From Lingula anatina (Eukaryota > Animalia > Brachiopoda), in NCBI GenBank assembly GCA_051362555.1, contig CM120644.1, positions 15,274,534-15,338,533 of the forward strand: 64,000 nt of DNA, read 5' to 3'. Position 1 is the stretch's first letter; every line of letters begins with the position of its first letter. Below, piece by piece: positions 53,153 through 64,000 of the stretch. Made by a program: the position numbers and the translations under genes. The notes beneath the pieces are model-generated. The model was not told the origin of the DNA and made no database searches. It saw only the letters and a list, made by a program, of their open reading frames with translations.

Positions 53153-54762
53153 ATGAGTCAAGACACTTATAGAGATAAAATGTAAGTACAATTTCTTTTG
53201 CTATTTTGGATGCTAGATGAGAATAAGGTATGTTTGTTCATGGAGGAATTCAAAATGCCCAATATGGTGAAGGCAATCGCGTTTGTTGCCGTAAAATGAG
53301 TGTTTAAAATTGTACAACTGCAGTGTCGAATACTTGTCTTTAGCTATGATCCGATAGAAAAATATTTCTAGTCTCGAAATTTTACCTCTATGTAAAGGAT
53401 TAGCCTTAGATGCGGCAATAATTTAACCTCAAATCGTGTTTTGAATTAAAATGACGCAATTCCTCTCCGATTTATTCGACTCGCCGACATCGTTTTAGGT
53501 CTGGTATTTTTTTACCTACGGTTTAGATAAAGGTGGCATCAACACCGCTGTGTACTATATGTATAGGTTTATGTTACTTGCTTAAGTGAGCCCGAATTAT
53601 TGAATGATAATTAATATTTTTAACTGTTAATATGGGCTCTCGTTGCAACATGACACCACACATGCAATTGTGACACACAAAAACGCACCTGTGATCCTTT
53701 TAATATCGTTTTATCAAAGTTGACATTAACACTGCTCTGAAGTATATATATATTTACACATTACCGGCTACAGTCAGCTCCGGTCTGAGAATGATAATTA
53801 TTATTTTTCTAACTCTAAATATGGGCTCTCGTTGCAACATGACACCACACATGCAATTGTGACACACAAAAACGCACCTGTGATCCTTTTAATATCCTTT
53901 TATCAATGTTGACATTAACACTGCTTTAAAGTATATATATATTTACACATTACCGGCTCCAGTCAGCTCCAGTCTGAGAATGATAATTATTATTTTTTTA
54001 ACTCTTAATATGGGCTACCATTGCAATATGGCACCACCCATGCAATTGCGACATACAAAAACGTACCTGTGGGCCTTTTAATATCCTTTTATCAAAGTTG
54101 ACATTAACACTACTCTGAAGTATATATGTATATTCACATGACCGGCTAAAGTCTGCTCCAGTTTGAGAATGATAATTAATAGTTTTTCATTTTTAAATTG
54201 GATTCCCTAAACAGAATAAAGACGACTGACAAACACCCTCATTGGTCTTATAGTGAAAGTGTATATGTGGACATGTACACATGCAAAGTGCATGATTATA
54301 TTTACTTGGGTAATGGTCATAAAAGTAGATCTTGATCACATTTTTGATAAGAGTCTCACCTCTGAAATTGCCTTGCTACATTGCATTATCTTGTTATCAG
54401 GTGCTTGAAATCTTTGAAATAATCCTGAGACATGCCTTTGGATAACACCTAGCTGGCTTTATCAAATCATCAAAGGGCCTGACGGTGTAGTTACCTGGCT
54501 GATAATGATCTAGAAAATCCATGCCTTACAAGGGAAGTAAATTTAACTAGAGGGAAAATCTACCTGACAGGTAGAATCTTGAGATGCATTTGATAAGGCT
54601 TACCTGTGGCTCAAATGTCCAAGTAGAAGTAAAAAAGGCAATTGTCATTTATAGTAGTTTGTGATAAAAACATTCTTATTCTCTTCCAGATTCTCTCCAC
54701 AAGATGCCGGAAAGTTAAAATTGGACAATGCACCATTGCCCAAGAGGAGACGCACTAATTAA
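53153..54762 (+). other. Candidate two-exon small gene (33-aa ORF MSQDTYRDKIFSPQDAGKLKLDNAPLPKRRRTN) or spliced ncRNA
   Basis: CpG-rich patch with a TCACGTGA E-box at ~53048. Strong donor AT|gtaagt at 53182, strong acceptor ttctcttccag at 54689. The join is in frame and AATAAA lies downstream (~54965). Confidence 0.4.
53602..54180. repeat. Tandem repeat, three copies of a ~188-bp unit
   Basis: GAATGATAATTA..ATATGGGCT..GCAATTG..GTTGACATTAACACT recurs at about 53602, 53789 and 53978. Confidence 0.92.
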
Positions 54763-57176
54763 ACATTTAGACAATAATTCACATAGGTCAATAAGAAATT
54801 AGTTTATACCTTTTATAAATAAGTTAATACTACTCGTGCTACAAATAGGAAAGAACTCCAACATGACTTTCACAAAAAGAGACAAGACAAGAAAACTGCA
54901 CATGTATTGTATATTCAGCATCACTAGCTTTGTAACAAGCATTTTTAATGTTTACTTTTTTAATAATAAATATTGGAATGTACTCAAGTTGTTTTATATT
55001 TGCTATCTTATAATGAAAAAAAAAAATGAAATGTAAAAAACATGGATTATATGTTTAGACAGTTTTTTTCTTGCTTGATTGAAATTGCATATTCAATTAC
55101 CTCAGAATACACTAACTACAGGTTTAAAAAATCTGATCCTGATAAAATTCATACTCACATTTGACTTTGACCGTCTTGCAGTGATATGCGTCTTATTTGT
55201 CAAATCTTTTATTATTATAATATATTAAGTTGTGTAAAAAAAAAGGAAGTGAAAAGAAATAAAAAGAAGATTTTTTATGTCAAATATATGCATTTTTTAT
55301 AACCATAAGATCAGTATTGGTGAAATTAATCTTATATTGTAAACGGGTAACTTTTAATGAAAAATAAAACGAAATATAAATGAAAGATAGTTGCTGACTG
55401 AAAAACCAAATATTATGAATACTTATAGTAAGTTCTTGAATTATGACTGCTTTTCAGTTACTGAAAACAGAAAGCCATATTTTGGTACCTGGTGTATTAT
55501 TTTCTACCAAACTAATACAACAAATCTGACTTTTAAATAACTAATTAAAATTAATGTAAACCTAGATGAAATTTCTAATTAAGATCTTAATTGCTAAGTG
55601 AAAAAACCCAAATGTTATAAATGCACAAGATCATACTGTCTGTTTGTTGAAAATCTAGGTAATAATTCAAGCTGTAATTCTACTCTTCCTTTTGAGAGAC
55701 TTTCTCAATCCTTTTTCTTTCGTAGATGCAGACACAGATTCTTGGTACTTTTCTTTAAGCTGTCTGCGAAATGAGTGGCCCCTAATGGTAATATATAATT
55801 TCACAAACATGCTAAAAAGGTCCATTTTTAATTTGTCTGATTCACCAGCAGTCAGTTCTTGTGTAAATTTGATTGATCTTCCGGGGTGTCACAGCTACTG
55901 GTACATGTAGGAATGAGATTTCCGGTCGTTGGGTGCGTATTTCTGTCCTGTCAGAGACTACCTCACGGGCAGAAAAAGACAGCAGGTATTGAAGACAAAC
56001 TTCACACCCCGTTTTTATGAGGTAACGGGGAAAATGCCGAAAACCCCTCAATAAATTTCCACGTGTTGACGGAAACCTGTGTGCTCGCAACTGCAAAATG
56101 GCGGCAATGCTGTATCATAGTAACCACGAGGGACTGCGAGAATTTGCGTTATCAATGCAGAGAAACAATAGAAATGCACTGAAGCACAGCGCGCGCTACC
56201 TTGATAATAAGCTGTTCAGACGCCCGTGGAGCTATCAAAACAGATTATGTGAGACAATAGGCGAATGTTTACCCGAACGCACATAGCTTCAAAGGAAGAT
56301 GCCGCGTTACTTGTCCTTCTCTATTTAGGTCCATGTGTTAACCAAGGCGCATCATTGTGAATATCTGTTAATATTGGTAAATTACAGGATGGGTTCGTTC
56401 AACACTAATAAGAGCAGTTTAGTCGAGGCAGTGACGCATAAATTTTGTGCAGTATTTCCATTACAGTTTACACCGCTTTTTAATTGCTGCTTACTTTCGC
56501 CCATCAGGAGTATACTATAGTGTAATTAAGAAAATACCAAATCAAGTCAAAACTAAGCAGATTTTATACGCAAAATGTGTGCACCGCTGACGTGTCTGAG
56601 ATATTCATGATCAGTTCTGTGGGACGATTTACATACAGATTCACATTGCATATATGTTCATTGCATGTCAGCTTAAGTGTTTGGATTCTAAATTTAAAAA
56701 ACAGACCACGCCAAATGGGTTGAGTCGACAACTTTGTACAAATGATTCGAGCTCACAATGCAGAGAAACAATACGGAATATAAGTAAATAAACGTGTTAA
56801 CTACTCACCTTGTTTCCGCTCTGTGCAGCCTGCGCTTATCTCTCCCTTTCTCTCTCCACGTCATCAACTAGATAGCCTATCTCCCCATTCAGCAGGATCA
56901 GACGTAGCCGCAAGCAAACTAGTAGTCACACGGCAGTTACAGATTTATTACCACCGAATAACTGACACTGCCACAACCTGTATCATCCACCTTCAAAAAA
57001 TAATTCAACATGCGCTATAGGTTTCATATTCCACAGTTTTACTTCATGTATGACCCGTATATCTACGTGTTTCGTAATGGAGGGTAATAAGCATGTATGT
57101 GCAATAATTATGAGCACATATATTGACATTTTGGCTGATCCTCGAGGCATCCTCTTGGTAATAATGTGAATGGCTG

Positions 57177-57177
57177 G

Positions 57178-57218
<41 letters not shown>

Positions 57219-57244
57219 TGTGTGTGTGTGTGAGAGAGAGAGAG
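57177..57244. repeat. (GA)n/(GT)n compound microsatellite
   Basis: Directly visible. Confidence 0.9.
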
Positions 57245-58634
57245 GCAAGCTTATGCTATTACATTCTATACATAGTAAACCATCACATTCTTTCGTCCGT
57301 TTCACTACTGGTCGCTATGGTCAGCTACGAAGCGGACAGAGTAATGCCATCTTACATTTGCAATAAAGCTTTATTACCCTTGCGCAGACCAAGAAGTTGT
57401 AATGAGAAGGAGTAGAAACAAGGGGTTTCCTTTCATCCTATCCTCGTAACGGGCTTAATCCTAATAATTACCCAGCTTGTGGTCTTAGGGAGAGCTTGTG
57501 CCTAATACATATTCAAAAGACCATTCACGTGGGTTGCTTCAGCCAATTGGGATAAAGCCTCGCGAAGTCTCTAATAATCTCACAGAGAAAACATGGTGGG
57601 ATTACAGAAAGGTGTAGAGAGAGATTTCAAGCCTGGACGCAACCATTTCGGGAAATAAAACTCAAATTATGCGAGATAACCTTCATTTGATCTAGAGCCG
57701 ATCAGTTATACAAAATTTAGTTTCACATCAAGAATGTATGAGAACAATTTCACAAACCCACCTTCAACGCTAAAATTTGCACCTGTAGAAGTCTCATATT
57801 TATTTTAAATTATTTTTGTCGTGTAAAGGCGTGTAAAGGAAATTTACCTTCATCTAGGAATGACACATTCAATTCACAGCCGTGTACACAAAACAGTAGT
57901 ACTTGCAATTTCCGTATGCCAGCCTCGTTTCTTTCTTTTTTGGCACATTATTGCTTATATACCAGGTATAGAGCTTAAACAGGAAAATTGGGGAAATGTA
58001 AATAAGTTATTGCACTTAGTATGATTCTAAATAAAATTTCACTAATACATATTTTTGTTTATATCTTTGTCCATTACATGAGGCCAACTAATAGTAGACT
58101 GATAGTTTAAATTCATTAGAAGAAAAAAACAAAGAAATATTTTTATTGATTGATATTGCTTTATTTCAACATTCGACCAACTTGTATAATATCAATATTG
58201 TTACACCCAACAGTGATTAAAGCAATACAAAAATGGTTAGTTTTTATTTTGATGTGGTGATTATTTTATTTTATACTTTAGACAATTAGCCAGTGAACAC
58301 TAAATTCCCTTTTAAAACTTGGACCACTAAATTCCCTTTTAAAACTTGGACCTCTTGTGCACTATAGTTTAATATTAGTGGTGGTAAGAAAACAGAGCCT
58401 TGTGCCTCATCAAGTTGCTGCTGGAAACAATCATTTTGACTGTTCAATTATGGCTACATGTACATCTGCCAGCAAAACTAAAGATCTTTCACCTGCATTC
58501 TCTTCAACCTGAAATGAGTAAGTGCGGAATTCATTACAAAATATAACTCTATATCCTAAACGAAACTCTGCAAACATCATATTGCAATGAAAAATTGAAA
58601 AAAAATTCCGAGAGTTCCCTGTCATCAAATTTTG

Positions 58635-59000
58635 GACCCACCATTTTGAAAAAGTCCCATGAAAAGTTGTTTATTTGAAATGATGTTTTTCATCTAAAGG
58701 ATTGATTCATTTAATATCACAATGTTATATTGTAATGGTGCACGTGCTTAACTAACCAGAAAAACATAAATTATCTGCATACACCACGTTAAAATTACCA
58801 AAAATTGTCCCAAACTGTCACCCAACTGTCTCTAACCAATTTAGGGACCCGCCATTTTGAAAAAGTCGGATGAAAAGTTGTCTATTTGAAACGATGTTTT
58901 TCATCTAAAGGATTGACTCATTTAATACCAAGGGGATGTATTGTAATGATGCACGTGCTTAACTAACCAGAAAAACATAAATTATGTGCATACATCACGC
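58635..59000. repeat. Tandem duplication, period ~212 bp
   Basis: GGACCC(A/G)CCATTTTGAAAAAGTC..TTTCATCTAAAGGATTGA..GCACGTGCTTAACTAACCAGAAAAACATAAATTAT occurs twice. Confidence 0.88.
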
Positions 59001-62000
59001 ACTTAAGAAGAAAAAAGTCCTAAACATGGAGGTCCCGCTGAATCGGCCTCAGATCTTCGAGCTAACGCTGCTTTCTGCACTGACAAATTTGACTGACAGC
59101 CACCGTATGAACATAAAACAATGCTCAAAGCAGAATATCAACTCCCACTCACCTTTATATCGCTCGACTTGGCGTTTTTCTAAGTATAACTTCCAAATAT
59201 TCGCATTAAACATGAATAAATCAAGACGTATACGCACTGGTTCAGCTTCGCCGTCTTGAGTCACGCGGAGGCGAGCGGAGGATTAGACCAGTTACGAGGA
59301 TCGAATTTCAAAGGACGCCGCTTTGAAAAGAATGCTGCGATCTGATTGGACGAGAGAGATAATTGATGTCCCGTTTCTACTCCTTCTCATTATAACTTCT
59401 TGCGCAGACCAAAGGGCACTTGAAATAAGAGGTGTGACCTTTATGACAGAAGAATGTGCTTGGCAGAAACCTGCGTGGGTCAGTGTCACGGTCTGTTAAG
59501 TTTTGATCACGGCTAACGGTACATTTAACTGGACATGTACACCTTGAGATATTAAAGGGATAAAAACTCTTCGTATGAGATCCATATTTCACAATTAATA
59601 CATTGGTAACAACTCTCAGAAATATGATAAATTTTATTTAAACGGTGGTTATCGCAATTATTCTGGAATCTGTATGTACTTGCCGTGGACGACGTGACCT
59701 CCACAGATGGCTATCATAAATCTCCTAAGAGATAATTAAAATATTTTAGAAAAAAAAAAAACAAAAAAACAGGGACTTCCTTCGAATGTTGGAACAGATT
59801 CACTGACCATTGGTGAGTATGAGCAAATTGTTGTTTACCCAAGGAAAATCCATTTTTTAACCAAAACAAACAGTTGATATCCCTTGGAACTAAACAGCAG
59901 AGAGCAACCTTGTTAAGAACTCGTGACAAAGAGGAAAACAATCTGTGAAGGAATTACATTTACGGCCGCTCACAATGGATCGGTCCAGTTGTGCAAGAAG
60001 TTATAAATATCTCTTATAACTTCTTGAGTTGTGTAAACCACTGGTTATGAAAATCCCTTAATTACAGAGTCATATGACACAGTGGCGGATTTAGAGGGGG
60101 GTCACGGGGGGGGGGGTAGCCGTTATTGGAGGCGATTTGCAAAGTTGAGGGCAACATTTCTGTTTTATTACACGATGGCGCATATTCTATATCCTGAAAT
60201 GATAAAAAAAATTCGAAAATGATATATGTAATAAGGGAAACCCAAATAAACATGTTTACACCCACGTGTCTTGCTATACGACGATGTCACAAAGAAAGAA
60301 AACATGATTTCATGTGCAATTACCCCTTTAAATTATGATCGTCGCCGCTGGGCAGGGTAAAGAATTCAATTATAAATTCTCTCGTGATTTTATATAGTTC
60401 TTAACAGAATACGCTAGAGCAGTGAGTAGTTTGAACAGTGCCCCTCTCTGTCTGTAAATGCACTCTTAATTAGGGATAAAAAAAGAATCAATTTCTTTCG
60501 TTGAAACATTAATGAACGGTTGACACAAACTTCTTAAATAGGAGACTTAAAGTAGAACAGGTATTATTTGCTGATGAGCCGTTTGCGTACCTTAACTGTA
60601 GCTTCTTTTCAACAGTTTGACGTAAACTATGCGCACATGTCACGGTCTAGAAATTGGAAAGAGAGCAACGGTCAACCGATTCTTTTGTCTTAGAGAACTG
60701 CGCTTTGTAAATACTCATAGAATATTAACCTGTCAGAAAATAAATAGGCACGAGAGAGTTAACGCGCATAATAATAATAATAATGGAAAAAATTTCCCCG
60801 CTACCTCTCTCAAAGAAAAGAGGGGCATTCTTGTCTTACGGATTAACGGTAGATATATTGGTTACCCTGTAATTATTAATTATCAATGGGATAACACATG
60901 AAACAATTATAATTGGGACTGAAAAATGCATAGTTTATGCATGTTTTTGTAATGAGGAACGTTAACTTTATGGTAAATACATACATGTATACACGTTCAT
61001 TTAGGAAAATTTCACTCACCTGCTCTATCGCTTTCTTTCCCTTCCCAATGAGGGTGATACAAATGAAGATGTGAAAAGCAACCAAAATGTCAGTATCAAT
61101 AATATGCTCTTTTTCATTCTTTTAAGGAAATAACGACTTGTACGTTGCACAGTGTCTGTATTTGGCCTCTTCTGACTTTTATTTATCAGACGCCTCGTTT
61201 ACCAAAAAGCAACGCGTCTGTGAGACATATTCTCACCCGCATCTCGCCCTCTTGTGGAATGAAAATGCAATGATATTAATTCTTAAGGCCTTTGAAAGTT
61301 TTATTTACATTGTCTTGAAAAAAAAAATTATAAAAGTTGTACGAACAGGATAGTATTACGCCTCCAGAATTAACGCTCTGTTAAATAGCAAGTTCAGGGT
61401 ATTGTGATGCGCATGACTGAGGTAGAATACATTGTACAACATGACATCAACAGATGTATGAGAAAAAACTAATAATTTCAGAATGAATGACAAAAGAAGA
61501 GACTGGTGGGCTTGATGTGCAGTGTATTGACTATTACATTCATTGTGTTATTATAATTTGATGTCGGGTGGGGTCGATTGAAAAATCGCTTTACGCATCC
61601 AACCGCTAGGATGAAAAATATTTTTAAAAAATCACAGCTAGCCAAGTTGGGCACGGATTTAAAAATTATCGTTATAAATTAAAGGACAGTCCGGTATAAA
61701 AAACCCACTTACGTCATACTCCAAATTCACATATTAATCATTTGATAAGTGTACTACGTCGGGGTGGTGGGGTTGTTGGGTGGGGTAGGGGTAGGGGTGG
61801 ACACCCCGGGGTATCTCACTTTGCTGAACGGTAAATTTCATTGAATACTTCAAGAAGGATTTTGGCATCCAGAAACTCGAGTCGTTGTTGCGAGAGAAAA
61901 GAAAAGGGGAGGGGGCTTGGCGGTGAAATATAAGAGGCTGGAATTGAATGTGTGTGGAGAGCCCTGGTTGTCTGGCCTTGCTGTACGGTGAATTATGTCT

Positions 62001-62698
62001 AATTGCTTTCTGGAATTAACCGAAATAACTTTCTGAAATATTTTACAGATCATCGTTTTGCCTGCTTACATACAGTAAACATTTATTGGGGAATGGGGCT
62101 ATGATGGGCGAGATTACATATCGCCCCCTAATGGGCCCCTTCAATAAAGAACCCCCTTTCCCTTTCTGTAAACAGGAACGAACGTACATTTTTATGTCTC
62201 ATTTTATCACCTCACGTTGTTAACGACGTCGCATGCATAATTCGTGTGTTATTATAATATCTGTCCAAGGTTGAGAGACAATGGGGAAAGTCCAATGGCT
62301 TAATAGCTATTCTCTAATCCAATCAAAAACATCCAGCTTTGAAGTCAGTGTAGATTTATTTGAAAATAAGAACACGTGCACTCTAAATTCTATGGCGCTG
62401 TTAAAAAATTAACAAGTCTGCGAATAATATTCAGCTATATTGTATAGTTGATTTGGGATATATTTCTTCAATTATTATCATTCTATGTCTGTGTCACTCT
62501 ATTTCATCCCGACCTGCCCATCACCGTCTTAAAACCAATTCATATTATGTATCAGTATTCTTCCTTCCATTCCCTACTTTGCATTTTGTTAAATAATCAT
62601 GATCGCTTCTGGTCCACGTTATCTGTGATCCCCGCCACAAGCCTAATCCTAGCTTTTGTGACGCCACCCAGTCCATGACGTCACTTCTATCAGTGACG

Positions 62699-62922
62699 TC
62701 ATTCCATGCAGTATCCGCGGTCGTGCTCTTTACAGAAGCGCATGCCCAAGGGTCTCGACAGGAAGCTGCTTCGCGGACCGTTATACGTCCCGCGGGGACA
62801 GGCCCACAGAAAGGATGAACGCATTGAACAACGGATGAAAGTACATTGCGGATCGCCCAGTGTCGGGTCCAGGTTGAAGTAATCCCCATCCGGCAAGTTT
62901 TGGCATAGGTCTGAACCTAGTA
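62699..62922 (-). CDS. Terminal exon of a small Cys-rich protein with a chitin-binding type-2 (CBM14/peritrophin-A)-like domain; 5' exon(s) not located
   Basis: Acceptor tattttag, then LGSDLCQNLPDGDYFNLDPTLGDPQCTFIRCSMRSSFLWACPRGTYNGPRSSFLSRPLGMRFCKEHDRGYCME*. Six Cys in a C..LPDG.Y...C.F..C......CP.GT...C...C pattern. GC-rich relative to the flanks. Confidence 0.65.
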
Positions 62923-63146
62923 CTAAAATAAAAAAATGGGGAAACTCTGTATTAGGTTGTTTCTTTCTTTCTTATTTGTTTATTTATTTTCATGAAATGG
63001 ATAACAATGTGTACCAGAAGATGCTGATGATATTTCCATTACGGATGTTCATAGAAATATAACGTTTTTAAACAGAATTTGATGATGATCAAGTTTCATG
63101 TAACTTTGTGTTTGCAGTCTTGTTTAAGATTATGTGCGTGCATGTG

Positions 63147-63190
<44 letters not shown>

Positions 63191-64000
63191 GTGTGTCAAC
63201 AACAAAACATGAAGAAAAGAAAGTTTTGAGACAGAATATTTTACACTCATCCTTACAAGTGAAGGGGACGAAACAGTTAGATACGAAACTTCAAGCTGTG
63301 CTATTGTTTCGGTCGTCGAAAAAGCTATAAACCAAAGATGAAAGGACCAAAGCTTGTCATTGATGAAGAGATACATATTTCATATAGCGTTATGCCCGTG
63401 GGCAGGAACTAATAAAAAGAACGCAGGTGAAAATTTTGAACATGCAACACAAAATAAATGCGTTTTTGAAACCAAGTCTACTGTTACACGATAAAAAGAT
63501 ATAAATTATTATATAACATACAGGGTGGTCCATACATTCCATCTCAATTTTGATATACATGCAAAGAAGATATTTCCAACTTTCTTTCATCAAATTGTTC
63601 CATAAGGATGACCATTTTATCTTTGCAAATTCTGCAGAAATTGAAACCTTTTAAGTAGTCGAATTCTAATAATAATTCTAAAAAGTACAGCCCCCCCCTC
63701 CCCTCCCCAAAGTGGAAGGTACCCCAAAAGAGAGAAATCTGACGAAATGGGTGATCTGGCGAGAAGGGTGGCCAAGAAAATTCCGTGCGACGTGAGATTA
63801 AAATTTGACTACCTAAAAGGTAGTCTTTGGCAACAATATATTTCCAAATTTCAGAGGAAAATAGAAAGGTGAACTGGGACCATCTGAAATCGGCCAAAGT
63901 CTCGCGGCTAAGCGTAAAATTAAGTGGGATTTCCCGGGATTTAGAGTGGATGACAGTGTCGAAAAAAATAAAGACAGAGCAGCAAGTGCAATGCTGAAAC

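Noticed and set aside
53602-54180. Repeat array considered as CRISPR-like
   Set aside because: Whole ~188-bp units are repeated with no unique spacers, there are no cas genes, and the DNA is eukaryotic.

Overview
AT-rich, intron-rich animal genomic DNA: canonical GT-AG introns, microsatellites, many MITEs and a collagen prolyl 4-hydroxylase. An invertebrate, probably lophotrochozoan, origin is my inference. Genes were reconstructed by hand from splice sites and reading phase. (1) Three tandem 8-exon copies of a soluble HSL-family (HGGG/GDSAG) esterase on +; the middle copy has lost two splice donors. (2) A 14-exon prolyl 4-hydroxylase alpha subunit on -, tail-to-tail with the esterases; its last two exons were co-duplicated as a pseudogene fragment. 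(3) A secreted protein fusing a group-A SRCR domain directly to a non-catalytic PGRP domain (+). (4) The standout: a 7-exon, ~607-aa gene (-) encoding a plant/fungal-type NDP-4-keto-6-deoxyglucose 3,5-epimerase/4-reductase fused N-terminally to an NDP-glucose 4,6-dehydratase. This looks like a complete single-polypeptide NDP-rhamnose synthase in an animal, with the domain order reversed relative to plant RHM. (5) A candidate 33-aa spliced micropeptide gene. (6) The terminal exon of a small 6-Cys chitin-binding-like protein (-). No database searches were run, so novelty claims are untested.
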